Shown here: positions 12,491 to 27,014 of the stretch, in pieces
Position numbering within the stretch: position 1 is the stretch's first letter
How the letters are laid out: every line of letters starts with the position of its first letter
NCBI GenBank assembly: GCA_013265495.1
Contig: MU058791.1
Span: forward strand, 124,001-188,000
Reading direction: 5' to 3'
Source of the DNA: Vicugna vicugna
Taxonomy: Eukaryota
DNA: 64,000 bases
Translations under genes and position numbers: made by a program
The notes under the pieces: model-generated
Told to the model about the DNA's origin: nothing
Databases searched by the model: none
What the model saw: the letters and a program-made list of their open reading frames with translations, nothing else

Positions 12491-13869
12491 TCCAAAGCCA
12501 AATTTGATGTGTTTAGTATTTCCTGAGTATACACCTTGGGTTTGGGGTCAGAAAGTAAAAATGTGAACCTCTCTTGGCTAGCACCCATATGCCCGCTTCT
12601 CCCTCCCATTTGCCATTTGCCATTGGCGGGGAAGGTGGCAGGGAGGGTGTGATGGCAGATGGGGGAAGAGGGCTCTGAAACCTTCTTTTGTCCTGGTTCA
12701 CTTCTGAATTAAACTGGAGCTCAAGCCCTCTGTGACTCTGTGAATATTCTGGTTTCTGGTGAAAAGGCTGAGTGCAGAGGGTCAGATGAAAACTTTAGGC
12801 TTTATGAAGGCACAGCAACAAAAAAGTTCAAGTGTCTTGTCCAAGGATACCTATCAAGCCAGAAATAGAAGTCGGGTCCCTGGCCTGCCAGTCTAGGGCT
12901 TCCTCTAGTTGAACGTTCCGTGTGAGTCACAGCTTTGCCCAGTGCAGGGAGGCGACCAAGAGGCTCAGTGTCTTTTCATAACCCTCGGTAGCTGGGTTGA
13001 GGGAAAGAGAAGGTTTTGTTCATGAGCTCATTCCAATCTGAACGTGTCCAGATGCCCAAATATTTGATTTGAGCCTGGTTGCTTAGAGACCTCCCACTGG
13101 GACCCAGCTGCCTGAGGGCAGGAGGGTGGTATTGGCTTCACTTCAGATTTCTGCCAATTTATTTTGAAACCAGAAAACCTGGAACCTTGGCCTCCCCAAG
13201 GCAACCACGGGGAGAGGAGAGATCTGAGTCAGCTGAGCAACAGAGGAAAACCCCCCACTGACCTTCTGCCAGGGGTGTGTAGGAGGGTTAAGGACAGGAT
13301 TCTGACACAGTCATGGTTGACTGGGGGTGAGATGTGCTGGGAGGGTGATGAGGAAGAAACTGGAGCTTCGTGCTGGATCATGCAGGAGACATCTCGAAGC
13401 AACCCCAGGGATTCCAGAGCAACGCTGGACTTCTGAGTTCGAACTGGGCGTGGTGAAGCCTGCCTTGCTTCAAAGCCAGTGTCTTGGGTTTTAATTATCC
13501 GGTGCCTTAAACCCCCTCAGGGAGTGCCACTGGCCAAAGTGAGGTCAAGAGGTGTGTGAGGGGTCAGTACCCGGGGGAGAGCTGGAGAACCCCGCTGCTC
13601 ACTCTGCTGAGGACAGCTGAGCATAGCAGGTCTGCCTCCCGGTTGTCATGGGTAAATGACTACCACTGCATCCCCATCCTGTGCAGCTGAAAAGAACCCC
13701 TTAGGCCAGACCCCTGACCCCAGCGCCATTCTCAGGACCAGGCAGTGATCACTCCAGGCATGAGACTTTCTCCAGGGTATTTTGCTTCTGAATTTGGCTT
13801 TCGTGCTTATTTATAAGTGTATGCAAGTGAGAATCATAGATTTTGCTGCCAGGATTTTCGTATGAGAGT

Positions 13870-13906
13870 TGTCATGTCATGTCATGTCATGTCATGTCAT
13901 GTCATG
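13870..13906. repeat. (GTCAT)7 pentanucleotide microsatellite
   Basis: Seven perfect GTCAT units at 13871-13905. Confidence 0.97.
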
Positions 13907-16429
13907 GAAAGGTTGTGGATGGTGACTCTTGGCTTCCCTCAAAGCCCTCCTTTCAATTACTGACTTGCTTAGAGGCAGTATAACCTAGGAGGTTTTGCTT
14001 TCGAATAGAACTGAACTGCGGGCTCCATTCTTTTCCGCATAGACGCATTCCCTTTGGTGAAAAAATACTTCAAGGAGTATTTGTCAGGTTTGAGAAGTGC
14101 AGGCAATGAGCAGTGTGGTGCTTGGGAAAAATCAGCTGGAAATAGGAAGGAGCTGGAAATTAAATATGGAAACAAGAGAGCAAAGGGACTAGTTTGGGGC
14201 ATGCAGTCACTGATTTCTAAGTCATTCTGAATTTGCTCCGTGAGATTCCAATCAAGTTTGCTTGACTGGAAAGGAAGATGAGGAAGGAGATGGATGCCCA
14301 GTTCCATGCACAGAGGACTCTGAAAACCAGGAGTGACTAGTTTGAGTGTAATGGGGAAGATCGGGGGAGTCATGCAGGCATCTCACAGCTGGGTCTGTGG
14401 TTCAAGAAGGCATCACGCCAGCAGATAAAATAATTTCCATCTTGGGGACCAAAGAAAAGATACCCTCCCTCCAGCCACGAAATATGGCTGAATCCAGAGA
14501 GAAGGCCCTTCAGTAAAGCAAGTTTGAGCTGTTGTGTCCGCGTGGAAGAAATCTGCAAGAGAGCTCTGGACTCGATCCCCCCACCCTTCTGGTTAAGTAT
14601 ACTGCATCGTCTAAGATACCACGGATTTGTTTCCATGAAAGAAGCTGTGAGATCACAGGGCTGCACTGTGATGTCATCATAGAATCTCTGTGGCGCTTGA
14701 CCAAGAGAGACAGCCTCTTGCTTCGGATACAGATATCTTGTTAATGAGGAACCTTGGCAGGGAGAGGAAGGCGGCCACTCCAGATAAGATAAATATGGCA
14801 GACAGAGGGCCAGATCCTGCACAGAGATCTCGAATATTCCACAGGATAGTCAGCCAAAACCTGTCTCTTAGTTTTTCAATAATGATGGATGACAAAGCCT
14901 GGGGTAAAAATAAACCCACTTCCAGTGTTGTTTCTGGCTGGTTCCACGGGAAACAGCATTGTTAACCTTGAGGGGACCGCCGTGCTGTCTGAGATTTGGA
15001 AGTCTGGGCCTCTCCAGGGAGGGGAGCGATTGGGGAAGGAGGGGCGTTCCGGGGCATTCGGGCCCACGTTCCGTACTTGGCGCCCTTCTTACTTCCTGTG
15101 TCAATTCAAGTAGAAGAAAGGCTCTTCTTGTGGCTGGTAATTTAAACATCCTTCCTTCACGTGCCAGTTCTAGGCCAGCAGTTTCAGGAGGTAGAGGAGC
15201 TGACATTCTGTGTAGCTAACACCCTAGTAATCCCACCGTCTGCTTTATGTCCATCTGGGGTATACATTCCACCATGAACTCTGGAAAGAGCAGCTGGGCC
15301 AGGAATGCGGAGAGACATTTTAAATTATTTTTTGCCCAATAACTTTCTGGTGAATATTTTTGCCCCACTTTCCTCTGTTTCTAGAAACACTTTGGAGAAA
15401 TAGGACCACAGTGGCCCACAGGGGCACTCTGTCACCTTGAAGGAGCACATCCTTTTGAAAAAATTCAACAAGTCATTTGCTTTTATAAAAAACACTACTC
15501 TCCACTGATAGGTCTATGGTTTAAACATAAATACTGATGTGTTGCTGGTTACAGACTTTTTTTTTTTTTAAGTTTTGATTTTGAAGAGTTAATGGCCACA
15601 CTGCCAACACACTCTTAGAGAATAAGATATTAGCCGGACCCGGGGAGGTTTTCTTTAGCAAGAAAACCCCTGCCAGAAACAAGAATCCAAGACATCCCAA
15701 GATTGTGGACATTGACTATAAAATGCAGCCGTCCAGGGGAAGTCTGGTGGGTGGGTGTGTTTTTGGTACGATGTTTTTTCTTTTTAAACTATTCATTTTA
15801 TAGTCCAGGCAAAAAACCAAAAAGCCAGATGTGACAGCTATTTTTAAAAAAAATGCATACTATTCATATCTTCTGTGCACCTCCTGCCTTTCTTCTGAGA
15901 AGTCCACAGTGCTTGGCTGGTGTTACCTCATCCCTGTATGGTACCCTCAGCTGAAGAAAGGATTGGAAAATGCCTGAGGTCAAGGAATGGGTTAGATATC
16001 AGACGAGACCTGGGTTCTTTCTTACTGCACCACATCTTGCTCTGGTTTGTACTCTGTATTCAGTGCACCAACATTGGAACAAGTGGGATGCCTTTCACAC
16101 CAGTTGTGTTTGAAAGTGCTGTGCCCACTCCATTGTTTTGCTATTTGTAGCCCAAAGGGAAGAGTCTGAGCTTGTGAACAACTCTCACCAGACCGACTGA
16201 CAAACCTGATGACTTTTTGGCTTATTTCCTGCATCAGGCTGTTTGCAAAGTCAATTTTGCATGGTGTACCCTCCCATTCACCAGTAACCGGACTCCAGGC
16301 CCACAGCTCTAGGGCACTGGAGTTAAGATTCCGTGATGCCCCTGACTGTCTCTGAGACTCACGCCCACAGAGATGCCCCAAGAGTAGTTGCATTGTAGGA
16401 CCCTGGCTAATCAGTCCAGACTCGGCACA

Positions 16430-16745
16430 TATTTAGGACTTCACCCCAAATTCTCTCCTTGGCAAAATCTTACTGATCTGTCCAGACCCAGTTTAAAAGT
16501 CTTCCTTTCAGTGAAGTCTCTTCTGACACCTCCAAGAAGTCAGACCCTTTCTAATCTGAGCTTCCCCACCACTCTCTGTGCAAACCGCCATGATAGCCTC
16601 AATCATGTTTTATCTTTACTTCCTGTTTACACATCTGTCTTTGTCTCGTAGATGTCAAACATCTTGAGGGCATGAACTTAATTTCGTTCTTTTTTCTGTC
16701 CAAAGTGTCTATTTAAAAGTCCCAGCTCAACAAATGTCTCACAGA
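16430..16745 (+). mobile_element. L2 fragment
   Basis: cccagtttaaaagtcttcctttcagtgaagtctcttctgac...gtcaaacatcttgagggcatg...gctcaacaaatgt. Confidence 0.6.
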
Positions 16746-17824
16746 GAAATTAAGGCACTCAGAACAGTCGATGGACACAGTTCAGGTCAGCTCACTGGTG
16801 TTACCATCCATTGTCCCGATGCCCTGATACACCAGCAGTGGTAATTTACCAAATATTGGAAGATATCTGTTAAGATTGACTTCTCTCCTTCAGCATTATT
16901 TAAGTGACTATCATTTCAAAAATGTTTGTGGTTCAATTTCAAAAATGCTTGTGGCTCAAACTGCTGAAGAGGAAGAGAGAATGTCTTACAATTAGGCTCC
17001 CATCTTTTGATAATTACTCATTTTTACAGGAAAAGATTTTTTAAAAGATTTGAGGTTTTGGAGAAAATCAAACTTTATGGGCAGTTTTTTGAGGCCATTG
17101 TGGTTGGTTGTGTGGGCCTGGCTTACAGCTTATTTATTGACTAAATGACCTCAAATTCTGTAAATGCATCTACGTACATCATTCAAGGTACCTCTCGCCG
17201 CTGTTTGGAACATACTGTTAAGTTGAAATATAAATTGATGAGAATCTATCTCAATGTCTGTTGTAGATCACGTTCAGGGTAGAAAACCAGGGGAGGTGCT
17301 GTTTTGGTTTCGGCCTGGTTCCCCAGATAAGAGGAAGCACACTTACTGTGCTCAGTGTCCTGGATTTTATGCGTATTGCCAGATGCACTTCCTTGAGTTA
17401 AGAATAGACTCTTTATTCTAACATGAACTGACAAGACTGTGTTTCAATGTCAGCTGTAGAAGAAGCAGGGTCCAGGTCTGGGAGAACATTGAGAAAGGCC
17501 TGACGCTTGTTTCAGGTCTAAGGTAGACAGAAAAGAGGTTCTGTCCACTAGGTAAAGATCCAAGCGGGTGTGTTCACTTAAAGGTCCCTGGGGGGTTGAA
17601 AAAAAAGAAGCTCAAAAAACAAACATACAAAGATACATTTGTGGATGGGGCAGTCATTTGATTGTCCAATTTGGGTTTTGAACAGCTATCATTCTCCTCT
17701 TTTCTTTACTAAAAAGATGACTTTTACACTATGGGGGACACCTATCACCTTTGCCTGCTCAACATCCATCCTCTTTCAGTAACAGCTTCTCAGTGTTTGA
17801 TGCCTTTTAAATGACACTTTGACA

Positions 17825-18074
17825 GAGGGATCACAGTGTGACAGTTAAGGGCAGGGCTCAGGAGCCAGGCTGCTTGGGTTTTATTCATCTGTGCTGTGTG
17901 CCCTGCGGTGTGTTTCTTAACTTCCAAATCTTGGTCTCCTCCACTACATAATAGGAATAGCAATGTTACCTACTGCCTGGAATTGATGTGAGGATTGATA
18001 AGGAAATATGGTAAAGCACTTCGAACAGGGTCTGATACATGATATGAACTTGGTTAAGTGTTAACTATTATTAT
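17825..18074 (+). mobile_element. MIR, near full length
   Basis: gttaagggcagggctcaggagccaggctgcttgggtt...gtgaggatt...gtaaagcacttcgaacag...ctattattat. Confidence 0.75.
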
Positions 18075-18293
18075 GAAATTCTTACATCACAATTAATTTT
18101 CTTAGGGACTTTATAAACATGGCCTCTATCACTGAATGTAGCTTTAGAAGTCGATGAAAGGCTGGTATAATTTTTTCCCCATCACATATAACTTCATTTT
18201 TTTTTCCCTGAGAAGACCAAAGGACTATTTATTTAGAGATAAGTAGTTTTACTAGGACAAGTCTTGATACTGATGATCATCCATATATTTTCT

Positions 18294-18723
18294 TTTTATT
18301 TTTTAATTTACAATTTAGTTTACAATGTTGTGTCAATTTCTGGTGTACAGCATCATACTTCAGTCATACACGAACATACATATATTCGTTTCCGTATTAT
18401 TTTTCACCACAAGTTACTACAAGATACTGAATATAGTTCCCTGTGCTGTACAGTAGGAACTTGTTGCTTATCTATTTTATATATATCAGTTTGTATCTGC
18501 AAATCTGGAACTCCCAATTTATTCCTTCCCACCCCCTTTTCCCCCTGGTAACCATAAGCGCGTTTTCTGTCTGTGAGTCTGTTTCTGTTTTGTAAATAAG
18601 TTCGTTTGTCTTTTTTTTTTTTTTTCCAGATTCCACATATAAGTGCTATCATATGGTATTTTTCTTTCTGGCTTACTTCACTTAGAATGACCATCTACAG
18701 TCCACCCATATCGCTGCAAATGG
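18294..18723 (-). mobile_element. L1 3' end (ORF2 C-terminus + 3'UTR) fused to U6
   Basis: ORF 18404-18694 reads VILSEVSQKEKYHMIALICGI (ORF2 end). T-rich tail at 18294. One TSD, ATCATCCATATATTTTCT (18276-18293 and 18828-18845), brackets U6 and L1 together. Confidence 0.93.
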
Positions 18724-18827
18724 AAAAATATGGAATGCTTCACGAATTTCAGTGCCATCCTTGCACAGGGGCCATGCTAATCTCTAAATCATTCCAATTT
18801 TAGTATCTGTGCTGCTGAAGCGAGCAC
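18724..18827 (-). pseudogene. RNU6: U6 snRNA pseudogene (5' part of a U6-L1 chimera)
   Basis: Reverse complement GTGCTCGCTTCAGCAGCACAGATACTAAAATTGGAATGATTTAGAGATTAGCATGGCCCCTGTGCAAGGATGGCACTGAAATTCGTGAAGCATTCCATATTTTT is full-length U6 with ~10 substitutions and a 3-nt deletion. The ACAGAGA box is destroyed. Confidence 0.96.
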
Positions 18828-18928
18828 ATCATCCATATATTTTCTGATACATGATGTACCCCTTCAATCTGTAGATTAAGGTCTGTCTTCATTTCTGGAA
18901 AGTTTTCTTGAATAACATCTTTGAATAA

Positions 18929-19027
18929 TTTTTAATTGAAGTATAGTTGATTTACAATGTTGTGTTAGTTTCTGGTGTACAGCGTAGTGATTCAGTTATA
19001 CATATATATTCTTTTTCATAATCTTTT
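18929..19027 (-). mobile_element. Short young L1 3' tail
   Basis: aattgaagtatagttgatttacaatgttgtgttagtttctggtgtacagc...tcagttatacatat. Confidence 0.85.
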
Positions 19028-19843
19028 AATTAAAATATATTTTGTTCATTATTTCCATCTCTTCAGAAGGAATGCCATTTATGACTATATTGAACTTCCT
19101 TTGTGTTTCATATAATTATCTTGCTAGTCTTTGCTCCTTTCCATTTTATTTTCTCACTGTTCTTGATATGTTTTCTATATCCCTTAAAGGTTATTTTTAA
19201 AAATCAGTTTTCTTTGTGCCATTTCCAATGTAGTCTTCCTATCTATGGTGGCTTTATTCTGTTTCCTGATCCTTTCCCGAGCTGTCCAGCTAACTCCTCT
19301 AGTTGTCCTGCCCTATCTTTGCTGAGCAAATTCTTGTTATAGACAATTAAAAATTTTTTTTGATATGTCTGAACACAATTTTAATCTATTCTAGAGCAAT
19401 TTTTTTCTTGTGTTGAATCTTCACTTCTGTTGTTCTTCCTATTCCTTCTCTCTCTTTTTTCAATTGGAGGACTTCTGTAAAAATGTTGCGCTGGTTCTAC
19501 CCTGATTTCTCATCTGAACTAGACGAGTTTCTCCATGAACAGCTATTTGCAAGAGGCTCACGGCAAGGAGGGGACCTTGGACATTTTCCAGCCTAGCTGG
19601 ACTGTTTTTGTATCAGGCTCAGGTTCTTTGTGACCCAGGTTTTTGACTGAGGCTCTTTTTGTCTTTAGCTCTTTGAATAGAGAGCTGAAACAAAATCTCC
19701 GAGTCTCTCTTCTCGACCCTGCCTCCCTGCTGGACTGCTTTCTGCAATGGTGGAAATTATGCGTGATTCCTCATTCAGCTATGCTTTTTCTGTAGTGTGA
19801 TTATCATGTACAATGTCCACAACCTATGCTGATCATCAGTATA

Positions 19844-20423
19844 CAGGCACTCCTTGTTTTATTGTGCTTCACAGTTATTGAGTTTTTTATAAATTGATGG
19901 TGTGTGGGTACCCTGTGTCAAGCAAGTCTATCTGTGCCATTTTTCTAACAGCATTATTTTATTTTATTATAAAAACTGAAGTACAGTTGATTACAATGTT
20001 GTTAGTTTCTGGTGTACAGCAAAATGATTCAGTTATATACATGTGTGTGTGTGTATATAGGTCCATCCATGTTGCTACACATGGCATTATTTCATGCTTT
20101 TTTATGGCTGATTAGTATTCCATTGTGTGTGTGTGTGTGTGTGTGTATCGCATCATCTTTATCCATTCATCTGTCAATGGACACTTAGGTTGCTTCCATG
20201 TCTTGGCTACTGTAACTAGTCCAACAGTATTAGTTTTTAATGAAGGTGCATACATTTTTTTTTAGACATATGCTATTACACACGTAACAGACAACAGTAT
20301 AGTGTAAACATAACTTCTACATGCACTGGGAAAACAAAAATATTGAGTGACCCGCTTTGCTGCAACATTTGTTTTATTGTGACGGTCTGGAACCAAACCT
20401 GCAGTATCTCTGATGTGTGCCTT
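19844..20423 (+). mobile_element. Tigger1 internal-deletion derivative (TcMar-Tigger MITE)
   Basis: TA|CAGGCA..TTTTATTG left end and ggtctggaacc..tatctctgatgtgtgcct(t)|TA right end match the Tigger1 termini. TA target sites at 19842 and 20424. Confidence 0.85.
19961..20220 (-). mobile_element. L1 3' fragment nested in the Tigger1 derivative (internally deleted)
   Basis: ctggtgtacagc..gattcagtt, then gtccatccatgttgct...ggacacttaggttgcttccatgtcttggct. Degenerate TSD c.aacag.atta.ttt at 19945-19960 and 20221-20236. Confidence 0.82.
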
Positions 20424-21142
20424 TATGGGAAATATGGCTAAGCAAGTCTTAACTATTTCTAGAAACTATGTATACAATTTAAGGTAGCATAACTTTTGCA
20501 GGATTTGTGAGGTCTCTAACATCAGAGTGTTGTCAAACCATCCATTTGATGGAGATGATATGCCCAACTTTAAATAAGAAAACATTTTTCCTTTCAGTAT
20601 TTCTTGTTGAGATTTAACCAAGGTGTTCATATAGGGCTATATGAGGTCACCTAATAAAACATTTATGATCAATGCATTTTTAGACCAAAATGTTCTTAAG
20701 TTTTCAAGGAGGAATGATATTTTGGATAAGCTTTTCATCATATGAAGAAAACACACTGATTTACAAATCCTAAAACCATCGAGTTTATATACCACTCTCC
20801 CTCTTACAATCTGGATTTTATAGGCTCAGCTAGGTAAAGTGTCTTAAACCAGACTTAGCAGCAGACTTGAGACTTAAGCCTAGTTTCCCAGATTTCTAGA
20901 CTTCTAGTTCTCTCTACCACCCCAGCCTGCCTTCCTGGTTTATCATTTTAGGCATTAAAGGTAGAATAGAGGCAATTGAGACATTTTCAATTGTAACCTA
21001 TGCATTTGCTTTAGATAGTGTATATCTCCCTCCACCACCTGTCCAGGTCTGAACCTGGGCCACACAAACCTGATCTGTTGGCAGGATAGTTGGTTGGAAA
21101 AGAGCTTGATGGGCATAAAATTAGTAACTCTTTAATGATGGG

Positions 21143-21527
21143 TGTACGGTCAGGCCACTCAAGATGGCTGTTCTCTTGCTCCCTGTGCGTCCTCTGCTGG
21201 ACCAGGGCCACCTTCACCTGTATCCTACTCTCCTGACTGATCTTCCTACGTACTTGCCCCAGGCCCCAGTGATTATGATTGTTCTAGTTTTAGATCAGAT
21301 CTCCCCTATAACTGGTAATCCACCCCCCCCCCCGAGTGAAGACTGCTGCCATGTCCTCCCGCTGACCACCTCACATGGTGGGGTATCTCTCCAGGGCCTT
21401 GCTTCAGACGTGTAAGCTCCCCTGTCCATTAAAACACTGATGCCTCTGTTGCTAACTCGGGGTTCTTTCTTCAGTCTTGAAGCTGGGCAAGGACAGGCCT
21501 TGTGGGCCTGTGGGGTGCAGCCCAACA
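21143..21527 (+). mobile_element. Solo LTR (385 bp, family unassigned)
   Basis: TGT...ACA termini, flanking (a/g)tggg 5-bp TSD (21138-21142 and 21528-21532), ATTAAA at 21428-21433 followed by a U5-like stretch. Confidence 0.72.
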
Positions 21528-22199
21528 GTGGGTTATTAAGCAACCTCCACTTTGGGTTCTGTAATAAAATTTTTAAGGGCTTAAAGGAAATATAAAGACT
21601 TGGGACCTAAACTTTAGTGATCTGGAATATCTGGCATAGCTTCCTGGAGTAGAATTGTTAGGGAACACACAGCTTTTGGCTGACAGGTAACAGCTAATTG
21701 ACAATGGGGTGGAAGGAGGAGCTAGGCAGCCATCATCTGTTCCTCTAGAAAGCAGAGCAGGCTGGAGGGAATGGGCAGGTACTGGAGGACAGTACAAGCA
21801 AGGGTCCCCAGGTGAACAGCATGCAGCCACTTCCAGGGTAGAGTTTAACCGTTCTTCGGGAGTGGTGGTTTTGTTTTCTAGTGCAGTTTCCAGGATCAAG
21901 ATCTCTTATTACACACGGTGTCCAGTAAGGGAGGAATGACCACACTAAAGCCAGGCTGAATTTGTCTTTGGTATTTCCACTTCCTTTTTGGGTGATGGGA
22001 TCCATCCTTTGGGAATTGGCCTCATCAACTCCCCATTCAGCGTTTGGGTCTTTTCTCCAGGACCTAGTCCAGCTGAGGGGAACTTGATAATGCTGAATGA
22101 ACAGCATAATGGGCAACGTGGGAGAGAAAGAAAACTCCCCATGGCACTTCCACCAGTACAGCAAATACCACATAGCTGTCCTAATTCTGTTTCTTTATC

Positions 22200-22325
22200 C
22201 CTGCAACACCCATTCATGCATCCGCTACTATGTGTTAGTTACTGTGCTGGGTACTGGGGATAAAGTGGTACAAGAGGCAATAAGTTCCTTGTGCTCATGG
22301 ACCTTACGGGCTGGTGGGTGAAGTG
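22200..22325 (-). mobile_element. L2 3' fragment
   Basis: ctactatgtg..actgtgctgggtactggggataaagtggt...ctcatggaccttac. Confidence 0.6.
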
Positions 22326-22702
22326 GTGGCCACAGAGCCACGTGCACCCTCTTCTGCTTTCACTTCACCTTTCCTCCTCCTGGAAAACGATGTACCTTTG
22401 AAAGGAGGAAAATAGACACTAACACCACTTCTTTAGTTCTGGGGACACAAGTTGAGATCGAGAATTGTTGTTATGAGCTCTGGAGGCTCATCTCTGGGCA
22501 AGAAGCAAGGCTGAAATAGAGAGGAAAGAACTGGATAAGGAGTGAGAGGAAGGGAAGGAGGGGAAAAAAGGATGAGAAGATGCACAGGATGGGGCATGGG
22601 AGAGTGTGGGCAGGGATGTTAATCATGCCTGGTTCCTACTCTTCATATTGCCTGACCTTTGACCCCAGTAAACGATATTCTAGATCTTCAAATATATTTC
22701 TT

Positions 22703-22790
22703 CTTTTTTTTTAATGGAGGTACTAGGGATTGAACCCAGGACTTTTGCACGCTAAGCACATGCTCTACTGCTGAACTAAACCCACCCCAC
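22703..22790 (-). mobile_element. Vic-1-like SINE, short form
   Basis: atggaggtactagggattgaacccaggac...gctaagcacatgctctac; TSD tatttctt at 22695-22702 and 22791-22798. Confidence 0.85.
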
Positions 22791-23619
22791 TATTTCTTAT
22801 TGAAGTGGTGCTGTTTGCCTTTGGCGATGTGTCCCAACTTTGAGAGACGTTCCCTAGTAATCCACATTGGAAGCCGGGTTTGTCGATTTAGTGTGTTTCT
22901 AACAGCCAGACCCCCATTTGCTCTCCTCAGCCTGGAGAGCCTTAAGCCAACAGCCCCTGAAAGACGGAATCCAGCAGGCAGGTGTGGAGGAACAGGGAGG
23001 CCAGGTAATCTTCGGACTTCCTTGGGGTTGGGGAAGGGGTGGAGGGAGGGGAAGAGGTGGAGGGAGGGCACTGGGCCTCGATGGCTTCCACTGGCTTTGG
23101 AGAGGGCAGTCGGCCTGCGTCCAGTCTGTCAGAGCGAGGAAGAAGGTGCTGGGTAAGTTTCCTTTTCAGGGAGTAGGATTTTTTTCCCCCTCTTCTACAG
23201 TGAAATTGGAATAGTCCTGGGAAAATGGGGCAGGTGTCACCAAGCAAGAGACAGGACTGTTTGCCCAACTCAGCTGAGGGGCCCTCAGGGAGTGACAGTC
23301 TTGATACAAAGAAAACTGTAATTTTTTGATAGTTCTTGCAGGTTGGGGATGGGGATCCGCACGTGGCTCACCTTCTGACACGTGGACATGGGAGATGGAT
23401 GGACAGTCAGAGTACACCTTCGAGATGGGAGGCCAGAGGGAGCTCTGGGTGCGTTTCTCCAGCCTGTAGGAAAGGATGCTACCAGGTACCTGCCCCAGGA
23501 CAGGGTTCCCCACTAAACCCGCTGTGGCTGGGCTTAGGAGGGGCGGCCCTCCTGTCCAGGAGGATGTGGGTCTAAGTCTCTGGGTTTTGGCCGGCGGGGA
23601 GAGAGAGACCAGGAGAGGC

Positions 23620-25620
<2,001 letters not shown>

Positions 25621-27014
25621 TTTCTCTCCAGGGCTGTATTTAGTCCAAGGCTGGTGGCTGCGTCTTGAGAAGGCAGAAAGAATCAGAAGTCGATGGCAGG
25701 AAGGCTTCAAGCAGGTGCTGCCCGGCTCAGCTGCTGTTCTCCTTCTGTCTGTGCGTTGGTTTTTGTTTGGTTTGCTTTGGAGCACCTCAGAATAGGTAGG
25801 GAGGCTGTTAGTGAGAGAATCGGGCGCAGCTGGAAGAGTCTGAAGTTCGAGTTATTTTTCTTCCCTCACGTGATCTGTATCTGTCAGCATATACATTCAC
25901 ACACATATGCGCTATATGAACTGAACCTTTTGCAGGGGTTCATGGAGGTGTTCATTAGGCTGGGAAGAGATAGAGAAGGTGTTCCCTAAGATAAGTCAGT
26001 GTGTTCTTTCTTGTCTTCTTCCTCCTCCTTTTACTTGCCCTTGTGCTTGGTTGCTTTTCCAGAACAGCATTTTCAAACCTAGATTGTTTTGTGCTCCATA
26101 TGCAGGGTCCACTGAGTTGCTGGATCATTTTCTACCCCCTACCCCGATATCTGCAGCGGGTCCCCCCACAGCCAAGTTGTGGAGGCTGGCATCCCTGCCA
26201 TGCTTCTGACCCTGGGAGCGCACTCTTGCCGAGGATGAGAGTAGGGTTCCACAGCTGTTGTGCACCACTTCAGGGAGAGCTCCTGGAGGTATAGACTTTC
26301 TATCTTTGTTGGAAGGAAAATGGAAGGGACTTAGCCTTTTCATAGAGGGTTTTGGGGCTGCCTCTTGGCGTGGCCAGATAAGGGGTGAGGTTTGATCAGA
26401 ACTCTAGGAAATTACCAATGAGGTTTATTCAGGTTTAGGGATCGTGGCTCTGAGATGCTCAAGTTGCCAAGGAACAAGAAGCGTGTCCTTGCTGGTAGTC
26501 CTGAGGCTGATGACGTGGCTGTCGTGTGAAAATGCATTCCTTTGCATGGCGCCACGGAGCCCCTTGCGCTGGTCCCTCTGCCTGCAGCCTCTGGGCAGAT
26601 GGATGCAGCCTCCTCTGACTGTCTGCCTCCTGCTCCGGGGAGAGCCTTGCAGCCACGCCTCTGCAGTGGCCAGGCTGCTCAGCTCTTGAGCTGTGACTTC
26701 ACTGAGGGGCTCCTGCTGTGGCCGGCGCTGTTTGGGGATGACTGTGGGTAGTTCCACCTCTGGCCAGTATGGGGACTTGCCTTACGGCGCCAGAGAGACC
26801 TGGAACTCCTGCAGAACCACCTCTTGGACTCTGGCCACGTTCGCCATGAGCCTGGGGATGGGTCTGTGTTAGAGGTCCAAAGCTTTGCCTTCTGCCTTGG
26901 AAAGAATTCTTTGAAAAGACGCTTTCCACTATGATCACACAGTGCTGGCAGGGATTTTAGAAGAGTGAAACAAACGATAAAATGATCAAAATATTTTCAC
27001 TCGATAGCATCATG

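Larger units (their letters stand above)
18100..19800 (-). mobile_element. HAL1-like (ORF1-only L1 relative) remnant hosting the U6-L1 chimera and another L1 tail
   Basis: cccttcaatctgtagattaaggtc...atttctggaaagttttcttgaata...tttcccgagctgtccagct...cacaattttaatct resembles antisense HAL1/ORF1. Sequence continues across the 18276-18845 insertion. Confidence 0.55.

Noticed and set aside
18724..18827. Functional U6 snRNA gene
   Set aside because: ACAGAGA box mutated, CpG decay, fused to L1, inside a TSD, and no PSE/TATA promoter evident upstream.
1..23600. Exons of the expected upstream neighbour CDC123 or another gene
   Set aside because: No ORF or exon with recognisable similarity; the region looks intergenic.
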